Positions 29,349-37,286 of a stretch of 64,000 nt of DNA are shown here, piece after piece. Position 1 is the stretch's first letter, and each line of letters starts with the position of its first letter. Both the position numbers and the translations under genes were made by a program. This DNA is from Candidatus Fusicatenibacter intestinigallinarum (GTDB lineage Bacteria; Bacillota; Clostridia; Lachnospirales; Lachnospiraceae), in the NCBI GenBank assembly GCA_019119555.1, contig DWWU01000034.1, positions 11,032 through 75,031 of the forward strand. The letters run 5' to 3'. The notes beneath the pieces are model-generated. The model saw only the letters and a program-made list of their open reading frames with translations. It had not been told where the DNA came from and did not search any database.

Positions 29349-30051
29349 TCCTGTCTCCTTCCGGCTGATGTTCTTCTTCCTCTGTCTTTTCCGCACCGGC
29401 TGATATTTTCTGTCTTATCTCATCCGCGGCGTCTGAGATTTTTTTCTTCATCTCTTCCGCCTCGTCATGTGCATTCCTGCGGATCTGTGCCGCGTCAGCT
29501 TCTGCTTTCTCACGGAGTTCTTTCGCCTCGTTTTCCGCTTTCTCCAGGATTTCTTTTGCCTCAGTTTCTGCTTTTTCCAGCATCACATTCCTCTCGGCCT
29601 CCATTCTCTCCCGGAGCTTTTCCTCTTCGGTTTCCATTGTTTTCCGGAGCTCCTTCGCCTCAGCTTCCGCTTTCTCACGAACCGCCTTTGCCTCGGTTTC
29701 CGCCTTCTTCCGGAGTTCTTCTGCACCGGACTTTGCTTCCCTGATGAGCCGTTCCGCCGTAAAAGCCGCTTCCGCTGTCCTCTGGCTCGCCTCCAGTTCC
29801 TCCCTGCGAACCGCTCCCCGGACGCTTATAAGATACTGATCTGCCGTCCGCTGCGCCGTCTCCATCAGTTCATTCAGTGCGACTGCAGCCTGGGCAATGG
29901 ACCCGGCTTTCTCCATCTTCAGTTCTCTGTCAGCCAGCTTTTTCTTCAGTTCTTCCGTCTCTTTCTTCTGGTCCTCCAGTCCTTCCTGGAGCTTATATAT
30001 GATGTCTACCAGTTCAAGACGCTTCAGCTTTCTGAATTCCGTCTGCGCCAT
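29326..30051 (-). CDS. Coiled-coil protein with 11-residue repeats (DivIVA-like character)
   Basis: LKRLELVDII N-terminus; AGSIAQAA; ~8 hendecad repeats such as AKELREKAEAD. Confidence 0.7.
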   Translation of the reverse strand: MAQTEFRKLKRLELVDIIYKLQEGLEDQKKETEELKKKLADRELKMEKAGSIAQAAVALNELMETAQRTADQYLISVRGAVRREELEASQRTAEAAFTAERLIREAKSGAEELRKKAETEAKAVREKAEAEAKELRKTMETEEEKLRERMEAERNVMLEKAETEAKEILEKAENEAKELREKAEADAAQIRRNAHDEAEEMKKKISDAADEIRQKISAGAEKTEEEEHQPEGDRNEQERTA

Positions 30052-30055
30052 CTTC

Positions 30056-30610
30056 TCACTCCTCTTTTTCCGTCAGCAACCGTTCCTCCGAATTGGGATT
30101 TTCATCCGCACACTGCCTCTGTATCTCTGCTTCCGGTATATGGCCGCAGCTGTCGTCCTCCCTCTGTTCCGTATTGTCTTCTACATCAAGCGCGTTATCG
30201 ATCAGCTTCAGAAGTTCCAGCGCGCTCCGAAAGGCCCGTGTTTCCTGCCCTTCCGCCCAGGTGACCTGCCCCTGCCAGGTGGCATTCTGCCGGTACTGTA
30301 CCCGAACAACGAAGGTTCCCAACATTCCTTTCTGCCTCTGATTTTTTCTTTTGTCTGTCACCTCTGCTGCCTCCCGTCGTACTTTTTTCTTCTTTTCTGT
30401 AAAACATCGTGCCTGGGTGGACGCCTGCGGATTGTTGAGCATGTCATACAGTTCTTCCATTCGCTTAATCATCTGCAGCGTATTTTCAAACCGGATCGAC
30501 TTTTCACTGCAGCAGTGATATAAACGTCCGCTGTAATCTTCATTTTTTTTACTGTCCGCGCAAATCGTCACCAGATTCGGCGCCTCATAATAGAAAAATT
30601 TCTCTCCCAC
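30056..30610 (-). CDS. Hypothetical cytoplasmic protein, first gene of the pilus operon
   Basis: ORF ends 4 nt before the next start; motif GTFVVRVQYRQNATWQGQVTW...FRSALELLKLID. Confidence 0.7.
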   Translation of the reverse strand: MGEKFFYYEAPNLVTICADSKKNEDYSGRLYHCCSEKSIRFENTLQMIKRMEELYDMLNNPQASTQARCFTEKKKKVRREAAEVTDKRKNQRQKGMLGTFVVRVQYRQNATWQGQVTWAEGQETRAFRSALELLKLIDNALDVEDNTEQREDDSCGHIPEAEIQRQCADENPNSEERLLTEKEE

Positions 30611-30816
30611 AAGCTCAACCTTCCCGTCTTCCGGCAGTCCCCCGCCTTGATAGGTTCATTCTACACGGTCATCCATTAACACCATGCGTTACATTTCATC
30701 CTATTTTCTGCGCCATGTAATTGCGCTCTGCACCCTGACGCCCGGCATTCTTCCGCCGGGACTTTGCGCACGTACGGCATCCGCCTGTCGGGCTTATAGC
30801 GCATTATGGCGCAAAA

Positions 30817-30867
30817 AAGGCTTTCCCAAACCATAGCGTTAAAAGCTTATGGTTTGGGAAAGCCTTG
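30817..30867 (-). terminator. Intrinsic terminator after the BTAD regulator
   Basis: 19-bp perfect stem AAGGCTTTCCCAAACCATA/TATGGTTTGGGAAAGCCTT with a U-tract on the minus strand. Confidence 0.85.
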
Positions 30868-30950
30868 TATAAGTTCCCGTTTATGTATTGAAGAATCACA
30901 GCCGTTCAGCAAGACGGATCCATTGTGAAAAAAGCCGTTCTGCCGGAGCC

Positions 30951-32177
30951 TTACGCCCGAAAGCTGATCTTCGGCGCTCCGCATTCCACATCAATTACAG
31001 ATGAAACATAATATTCAATACAGTTTTTCCAGTATTTGTGTTCTTCCGCGAAGTTTGTGGTAATACGGTCAGAAACCAGGCTGCAGTTCTCTTCATTTGT
31101 GCCGATCAGCAGAATCAGAAACTGATTCACGCTGTACTGCGTATAGGAATCTCCCTTCCGAAGACTGCGTTTGATCGCAAGCTTCAGCTCCCCGGACATA
31201 CGTTCCAGCTTGCTTCCGCTTTCCATCGGATTCCCGTTTCCATCCGTCAGCGTACAGAGCATCAAATATACCGACTGCCCATTCCGCTCAATCATCCGAC
31301 GAATCAGCCGGTAACCGTCGATAAAGCTTGGCAGACTGCAGTAGTAAGCGCCGGTCTCTTCTCCTTTCTCCTGAAGGCCTCCTTTGATATCGGGCATCGC
31401 TTTCGGAACATTCCTGATCCGTTTGCTCATTTCCCGGAACTGATGAATCATGCGCTCCGAAGGCTGGATTCCCAGTTCCTCGAAGAACAGGCGGGAGGTA
31501 TCCTGATAAACCTGCATTGCCTCTTCATCCCGTTCCATTCCCATCAGGGCTTCAATCTTATAGCATTGCCACTCATCAAACGGATACAGATCGCTGGTAT
31601 CGGCCGATAATCGAAGCATTTCCTCAAAGTTTTCGCAGCGCTCCAGATATTCCAGTACTTCCTGAAGCGTTTCTTCATATTCGTTTTTGTATTTTACCGC
31701 TTCCAGCAATACCCAGTCTTCACCGGACAGTTTCGGGAGAAAATCTCCCTGATACAGTTCCAGCGCTTTCGTCTGAAGCTCCGCTTTCTTTTCCGGGTTT
31801 TTTTCATCTTTTGCTTTTTCCGTCAGAGACTGGAACTCCAGCACATCGATGATCGTCGGGACAGAACTACTCCAGATATACACGCCGTTCACAATTTTTA
31901 TATATTCTTCTTCAGGAAGGCCCGCTTCTGCCAGCTGTTTTCTCAGACGGTGTATCGACACCCGAAGATTGTTGGACGGATCCGACAATCCGCCGCGTCC
32001 GTATAAAATCTCGATCAGTTCTTTCCGCGGTATGCCGGTCTCTTTCTTATACAGCAACAGTTGAAGCAGCTGCATCAACTTGGATGCCGGGTTTTTTTTA
32101 AATGTAATCAGCCTGTCACCATACATTATGGAAAAACCACCGAGCATCTGTACTTTGAGCACCTCGTTTTTACACAT
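30951..32177 (-). CDS. SARP/AfsR-like regulator: wHTH, BTAD and degenerate GGDEF-like C-terminus
   Basis: VQMLGGFSI, NLRVSIHRLRKQL, IDVLEF, ALELYQGDFL, EELGIQPS; C-terminal SLRKGDSYTQYSVNQFLILL. Confidence 0.85.
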   Translation of the reverse strand: MCKNEVLKVQMLGGFSIMYGDRLITFKKNPASKLMQLLQLLLYKKETGIPRKELIEILYGRGGLSDPSNNLRVSIHRLRKQLAEAGLPEEEYIKIVNGVYIWSSSVPTIIDVLEFQSLTEKAKDEKNPEKKAELQTKALELYQGDFLPKLSGEDWVLLEAVKYKNEYEETLQEVLEYLERCENFEEMLRLSADTSDLYPFDEWQCYKIEALMGMERDEEAMQVYQDTSRLFFEELGIQPSERMIHQFREMSKRIRNVPKAMPDIKGGLQEKGEETGAYYCSLPSFIDGYRLIRRMIERNGQSVYLMLCTLTDGNGNPMESGSKLERMSGELKLAIKRSLRKGDSYTQYSVNQFLILLIGTNEENCSLVSDRITTNFAEEHKYWKNCIEYYVSSVIDVECGAPKISFRA

Positions 32178-32242
32178 GCTTTTCTTCTTCTCCCGGTAAT
32201 TTCTTCAGTTTTCAGATACCATGCCAACCATGATTGACCTGT

Positions 32243-32294
32243 GTTACAGTCAGCCAGATCTGTGCGTTTCCTGTATAGGCTGCAGGAAATCATA
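32243..32294 (+). repeat. Degenerate partial copy of the dispersed repeat in the regulator leader
   Basis: GTTACAGTCAGCCAGATCTGTGC... resembles GTTACAGTTCCGCCAGGTCTGTGC of copy C. Confidence 0.55.
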
Positions 32295-32370
32295 ATGTCT
32301 GCCTGTAGATTTTTACAGTTTCAAGTCTGGATTTTCGGGAATGATATTATATATAATGATAACTGCAGAC

Positions 32371-32397
32371 TTTCGCAGAAGATAATATTCTGCGAAA
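32371..32397 (+). repeat. Left recombination site (IRL)
   Basis: TTTCGCAGAA-GATAATA-TTCTGCGAAA; exact reverse complement of 33522-33548. Confidence 0.93.
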
Positions 32398-32410
32398 CTA
32401 TCTTGGAATA

Positions 32411-32439
32411 ATTTTAACGTTGCTCATCAGGTTTGTCAA
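32411..32439 (-). promoter_or_regulatory. Sigma-A promoter inside the invertible segment, aimed at the BTAD regulator
   Basis: TTGACA(32439-32434)-AACCTGATGAGCAACGT(17 nt)-TAAAAT(32416-32411), 13 bp inside IRL. Confidence 0.85.
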
Positions 32440-32536
32440 GCCGCTGAACCGGAGATTTTTATATGCCGATTTTCATATATCCGGAAGTTATGGCAATGTC
32501 GGATAAATTTTCGTATAAACAATCAGGAGGAGAGCT

Positions 32537-33519
32537 ATGAAGAACTCACAGGCTACCGGGAAAACAGCAAGTACCATCTATTATCATGAAATGGCGCAGG
32601 AATGGCTGGAATACAGTGAATTTCGCTTAAAAGAATCCAGCTATCAGAAATATCGGGGAATTATGAACAAATATCTGCTTCCTGCTTTTGGAGTCTATCA
32701 GATTTCACAGCTGACAACGAGTTGCGTCGGAGAATTTCTGAAGCATCTGAGAGTGACGGATCTGAACAGAAAAGGGGGAAGATTATCGCCCCAGTATATC
32801 AACAGTATTCTGACGGTGTTTCGGGAAACTTCCTATTACAGTGCAGCCAGGGGATGCCCGTTTCCATGTGATTTCCATTATCTTTCTCAGAAAGTGGAAA
32901 AGCGGGAATGCGCAGTTTTTTCTCATGAAGAATCTACCCGCCTGGTTTCTTATCTTCTGAAGGACATGGATCGGTCAAAAATGGGAATTCTGCTCTGTTT
33001 TTATACTGGAATGCGGTTGGGAGAACTCTGCGCCTTAAAATGGGAAGATATTTGTATGGACGACAAACTGCTGAAAATTTCCCATACAATGCAACGGCTT
33101 TCCACAACGGATTCCGTTTCTCCCCGAACGAAAATCATTATCACTGAGCCGAAAACCCCCTGCTCCAAACGGGAAATCCCGCTCCCTGAATTTCTGCTTC
33201 AGATGGTCCGGAAGTTTTCATGTAAAGAAAAAGAAGCTTTTTTTCTGACCGGAAGAACAGATAAATTGGTGGAACCCCGGGTAATGCAGTATCGTTTCTT
33301 GAGATATACGAAGGAATGTGGTATCCGATCTCTCAATTTCCATGCGCTCCGCCATACGTTTGCGACGCAGTGCGTGGAGATGAATTTTGAGCTGAAGAGT
33401 CTGGCGAAATTCTCGGACATTCCAGCGTAAATATCACACTGAACCGCTATGTTCATTCCTCCTGGGAAATGAAAAAGAAAAACATGGACAAGCTGTTTCT
33501 TTCTTGTCCTGAACCCTGA
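32537..33519 (+). pseudogene. Tyrosine recombinase, frameshifted near 33404 (or sequencing error)
   Basis: SAM-like N-terminus, TGMRLGELCAL, PKT, FHALRHTFAT; the annotated frame stops at 33430, but another frame continues EILGHSSVNITLNRYVH...TGA at 33519. Confidence 0.85.
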
Positions 33520-33521
33520 TT

Positions 33522-33548
33522 TTTCGCAGAATATTATCTTCTGCGAAA
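33522..33548 (-). repeat. Right recombination site (IRR)
   Basis: TTTCGCAGAA-TATTATC-TTCTGCGAAA, 2 bp after the restored integrase stop. Confidence 0.93.
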
Positions 33549-33576
33549 CATTTTCATTTTTCGCTCTGTTTCCACG

Positions 33577-33624
33577 AAAAAAACGCAGCAAAGTGCATTT
33601 TCTCATGCTGCTTTGCTGCGTTTT
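33577..33624. terminator. Bidirectional terminator just outside IRR
   Basis: AAAACGCAGCAAAG...CTTTGCTGCGTTTT 14-bp stem between the convergent integrase and NUDIX genes. Confidence 0.8.
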
Positions 33625-33701
33625 CTATTGACAGTTCCGTTTTTTTCCGGCAATTGTTCTATCTGGAGGATGTTCGAAACATATACCTCCGCGCTTCCCG
33701 T

Positions 33702-34733
33702 TTATTCCTCCGTTTCCAGATACGTTCTGAGCATCTCCATCTCATCGCTTCTCAGGCAATGCTTCCACCGGGGATCCTGCATTTTTTCCATGCAGAGTTT
33801 CAACGGCATCCACCGGACTTCTTCCACTTCCTCCTGCTGAAGCTTCAGCTGCTCCGGTTCCGTGTCCATCGGCAACACATAGACTTTCGCCAGCTCGTCG
33901 TCCAGGTAAGGTCTGCCGCGGAAGTTTTCTTTCGTCAGATCGCGGTTCCATCCGACAAATTTCAGCTGATTTTTTTCAGCCGTAATTCCAAGCTCTTCCT
34001 CCAGCTCTCTCAGCGCCCCCTCTTCATATTCATCGCCGGTCTGCAGATGCCCCGCACAGGAAATATCCCAACAGCCCGGATAAGACTCTTTTTCCCTGCT
34101 CCGCTTCTGGAGCAGTACCTCCGGCTGTCCGTCCGCCGTCTTCCGGGTCAGCCAGACATGTACTGTCCCGTGCAGTCTTCCATCCCGATGCGCTACGCTT
34201 CGCTCCATCACAACGCCGGTCTTGCTGCCGTCCTCCCGCCTCTCGTCAAACAGCTCCAGCGGTTTTCCGTCCAGTACGGCTTCTTCCAGCCTGTCGTACC
34301 AATAGACAAGCTTCAGGCTGAAGAAAGGATGTTCCTCACTCAGAAGATAGAAAAAGATCTTGTCACCCTCCCAGATATTCAGCGCCAGTGCCTTTTCTTT
34401 GGGAACCCATTCCAGGGTTCCTTCGTCACACGCCGCCGGCGTTCCCTCAAACCCGTCGGCGGTATACAGGCACATATACTCACACAGCGTTTCCGTGCAG
34501 AAGGTTACGATTCCGCGGAATCTCCAGGACGTCAGTGTATATCCCGTCTCTTCTTTTACTTCCCTGAGCAGACACTCTTCCGGAGACTCTCCTTCTTCAA
34601 AATGACCGCCGACACCGATCCATTTATCCTTATTGACGTCCTGCTCCCTGGCCGTCCGGTGCAGCATCAGGTACTTTCCGTCTTTTTCCAGGTAGCAGAG
34701 CGTTGTCATACAGCTGCGCTTCTCTTCTCTCAT
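33702..34733 (-). CDS. Tandem NUDIX protein (MutT/MutX-like plus IDI-like domain)
   Basis: Two Nudix boxes: GGHFEEGESPEECLLREVKEETG and AGHLQTGDEYEEGALRELEEELG. Confidence 0.88.
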   Translation of the reverse strand: MREEKRSCMTTLCYLEKDGKYLMLHRTAREQDVNKDKWIGVGGHFEEGESPEECLLREVKEETGYTLTSWRFRGIVTFCTETLCEYMCLYTADGFEGTPAACDEGTLEWVPKEKALALNIWEGDKIFFYLLSEEHPFFSLKLVYWYDRLEEAVLDGKPLELFDERREDGSKTGVVMERSVAHRDGRLHGTVHVWLTRKTADGQPEVLLQKRSREKESYPGCWDISCAGHLQTGDEYEEGALRELEEELGITAEKNQLKFVGWNRDLTKENFRGRPYLDDELAKVYVLPMDTEPEQLKLQQEEVEEVRWMPLKLCMEKMQDPRWKHCLRSDEMEMLRTYLETEE

Positions 34734-34779
34734 TTTCCTTCCTCCTGATCTGAACTTCGATGGAACTTCAGGTTACAAT

Positions 34780-35862
34780 TCAGCCCTTTTCCCCGATCCA
34801 GTTATCCCGGTTGATCGCTTCCATCTGGCTCCGGTTTTCCCGGATGATCACCTGGAGATCCGGTCTGGAATAATTGACGATCCCTTTCCCGAGATACTCG
34901 TGGGTTCCCCGGCAGAACACGCTGACCACATCTCCTTTCTGGAAATCTCCTTCCATCGCAACAATTCCCTTGGGCAGAAGACTCTTCTCATACTTCTGCA
35001 GGGCGTCCGCCGCCCCTTCGTCCACATAGAGATTTCCCATACTCTGCGCATAAAACGCCATCCACTGAAGACGGGTCCTCATGCTGCGAAGCGGCGCTTT
35101 GAAATAGGTGCCGTGGGCCGTTCCGTTCACAGCTCCCACAAGCGATCCCTTTTCCCTCGACGAGCAGATAAAAACAGGAACGCCCGCGCGGGTGGCCAGT
35201 CTGGCCGCCGTCAGCTTGGTCCGCATTCCGCCGGTTCCATTGCTGCTCCCGGCTCCGCCCGCTCCCCGGATCAGCTCGTCCGTGACCTTTTCCACCACGT
35301 CGATATGGCGCGCCGTCGCATCCCTGGAAGGATTCGCCGTATAGAGCCCGTCGATATCCGTCAGCAGAACCAGGAGATCCGCATGCATCATCGCCGCCAC
35401 CTGCGCCGACAGCGTGTCATTGTCTCCCAGCTTCAGCTCTTCGATGGCGATCGTATCATTTTCATTGATCACCGGAACCGCTCCCCGGTTCAGGAGCACG
35501 GAAATTGAACTGAAAATATTCTTATATCGTCTGCGATCCTCAAAATCACTCCGGTTCAGCAGAATCTGCGCGCATGGGATCTGATACTGATGAAACTCTC
35601 TGGTATATTCCTCCATCAACAGCCCCTGGCCCACCGCCGCGGCCGCCTGCTTGTCGGCAATACGAACGGGCCGTTTATGAAATCCCAGTCTTCGGAATCC
35701 GGCCGCCACCGCGCCGGAAGAGACCAGAATGATCCGGTTCCCTGCATGGTACAGCTCCGCCATCTGAGACGTAATGTTCATAATCTGCTCCGGATTCAGG
35801 CTGCCGTCCTCTTTCGTCAGCGAGCTGGTGCCGACTTTCACTACAATTGTCTGCTTTTCCAT
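34780..35862 (-). CDS. proB: Glutamate 5-kinase with PUA domain
   Basis: VVKVGTSSLT, INENDT, GDNDTLSA, GTGGMRTK, SLLPKGI. Confidence 0.96.
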   Translation of the reverse strand: MEKQTIVVKVGTSSLTKEDGSLNPEQIMNITSQMAELYHAGNRIILVSSGAVAAGFRRLGFHKRPVRIADKQAAAAVGQGLLMEEYTREFHQYQIPCAQILLNRSDFEDRRRYKNIFSSISVLLNRGAVPVINENDTIAIEELKLGDNDTLSAQVAAMMHADLLVLLTDIDGLYTANPSRDATARHIDVVEKVTDELIRGAGGAGSSNGTGGMRTKLTAARLATRAGVPVFICSSREKGSLVGAVNGTAHGTYFKAPLRSMRTRLQWMAFYAQSMGNLYVDEGAADALQKYEKSLLPKGIVAMEGDFQKGDVVSVFCRGTHEYLGKGIVNYSRPDLQVIIRENRSQMEAINRDNWIGEKG

Positions 35863-35983
35863 TCTGTTTTCCTCTCCATATATAAACAGCACACACGGCG
35901 GCGCCCGCGGCAGATTTTGCTGCGCACAGCCATGTGTGCATGTTCCTCGTATACAAATTCATTTTTTCCGGACAGCCGGCGCA

Positions 35984-36937
35984 TCACTGCACTTTCTGAA
36001 TCTTATCCGTCCGGTTGGTTTCCTTGATAATATAGTGAGGTCTCTTTTTAACCTCCATATATGTTTTGGACACATACTGTCCCATGATTCCCATACAGAA
36101 CAGCTGAATGCCTCCGATGAACATGATAATACAGACAAGAGACGGCCATCCGTCCACCGGATCTCCGAAGATCAGCTTCCGGGCACAGATTACGATAATC
36201 ATGCAAAACGCCAGGAAGGTGAACAGGATTCCTGACCAGGAAGCAATCATCAGCGGCGTCTGAGAGAAATTCACAATACCGTCTATGCTGTATTTCAGAA
36301 GTTTCCAGAAATTCCACTTGGTCTCCCCGGCCACGCGCTCTGCATTTTCATAGGGAAGCCATTTTGTCTTAAACCCGATCCAGCCGAAGATTCCCTTGGA
36401 AAACCGGTTGTATTCCCCCATTTCCACAATGGCGTCCACCATATCCCGCCGCATCAGGCGGAAATCCCTGGCTCCGTCCACGATATCCGCATCTGAGATT
36501 TTATTGATAATTTTATAAAACAGTCTGGCAAAAAAAGAACGGATCGGAGGTTCTCCTGTTCTGGAAACACGCCTCGTCGCCACACTGTCATATTCTCCGC
36601 TCTCCAGCGCTTCCACCATTTCCGGGAGCAGCGACGGCGGATCCTGCATATCCGCATCCATCACAGCCACATAATCTCCTCTGGCGTTGCAGAAACCGGC
36701 ATACATCGCAGCCTCTTTTCCAAAATTTCTCGAAAACGAGTAGTAGAATACCCTCTCGTCCCGCGCTGAAATTTCCTGCAGCAATTCCAGCGTACGATCC
36801 TTCGATCCGTCATCCACAAACAGAAATTCAAATTCGTATTCCGGCATGGATGCGCTCACCTTCGCCACCTCTTCGTAAAAAATCGGCAGTGCCTCTTCCT
36901 CATTATAGCAGGGCACAATCAACGATATCTTCCGCAT
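35984..36937 (-). CDS. GT2 glycosyltransferase (GtrB/CsbB-like bactoprenol glycosyltransferase)
   Basis: VPCYNEE, VDDGSKD, SRNFGKE, MDADMQDPP; two C-terminal TMs. Confidence 0.92.
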   Translation of the reverse strand: MRKISLIVPCYNEEEALPIFYEEVAKVSASMPEYEFEFLFVDDGSKDRTLELLQEISARDERVFYYSFSRNFGKEAAMYAGFCNARGDYVAVMDADMQDPPSLLPEMVEALESGEYDSVATRRVSRTGEPPIRSFFARLFYKIINKISDADIVDGARDFRLMRRDMVDAIVEMGEYNRFSKGIFGWIGFKTKWLPYENAERVAGETKWNFWKLLKYSIDGIVNFSQTPLMIASWSGILFTFLAFCMIIVICARKLIFGDPVDGWPSLVCIIMFIGGIQLFCMGIMGQYVSKTYMEVKKRPHYIIKETNRTDKIQKVQ

Positions 36938-37014
36938 AAAAACTTCCTCTCCCCAGGCGTTTCCCTGTCTTTTTCCTCCTGTGGGCAGATCTGACTTCCC
37001 ACAGCATCTCCGAC

Positions 37015-37043
37015 ATAACCGTTCAGCAACACGGAACGGTTAT
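37015..37043. repeat. REP-like palindrome
   Basis: ATAACCGTTC AGCAACACG GAACGGTTAT. Confidence 0.75.
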
Positions 37044-37152
37044 TCTCTGGCTAACAGTATAGCACAGAATATCAGGGGAAACAATCTGCAATTCTTTGCC
37101 TTTTTCGCCGCATGTAACAGTTCGGCCAGGTCTGTGCATTTCTGTCCACATA

Positions 37153-37181
37153 TTGCATTTCTCTCTGTCTTTGTGTATAAT
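37153..37181 (+). promoter_or_regulatory. Sigma-A promoter
   Basis: TTGCAT-N17-TATAAT. Confidence 0.7.
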
Positions 37182-37286
37182 TGAAGCACTGGAATGTGCC
37201 TGAAAAACAGAAGCATGGCGGCAGGCGACTCATACTTTCATCTATGCTTCAGATCAAGAAAAAAAGAGTAAAAGGAGTATTTGCTC

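Larger units (their letters stand above)
32371..33548. mobile_element. Predicted invertible DNA segment carrying a promoter and its recombinase
   Basis: Perfect 27-bp inverted sites with tyrosine-recombinase architecture flank an integrase gene and an outward-facing promoter. Confidence 0.85.

Noticed and set aside
30610-30950. Possible c-di-GMP riboswitch upstream of the pilus operon
   Set aside because: No recognisable class I or II core motif found by eye; only a terminator and a weak promoter.
32537-33519. Integrase as the boundary of a prophage or ICE
   Set aside because: The flanking sites are inverted and tightly enclose the gene; no direct att repeats, phage genes or conjugation genes were seen.
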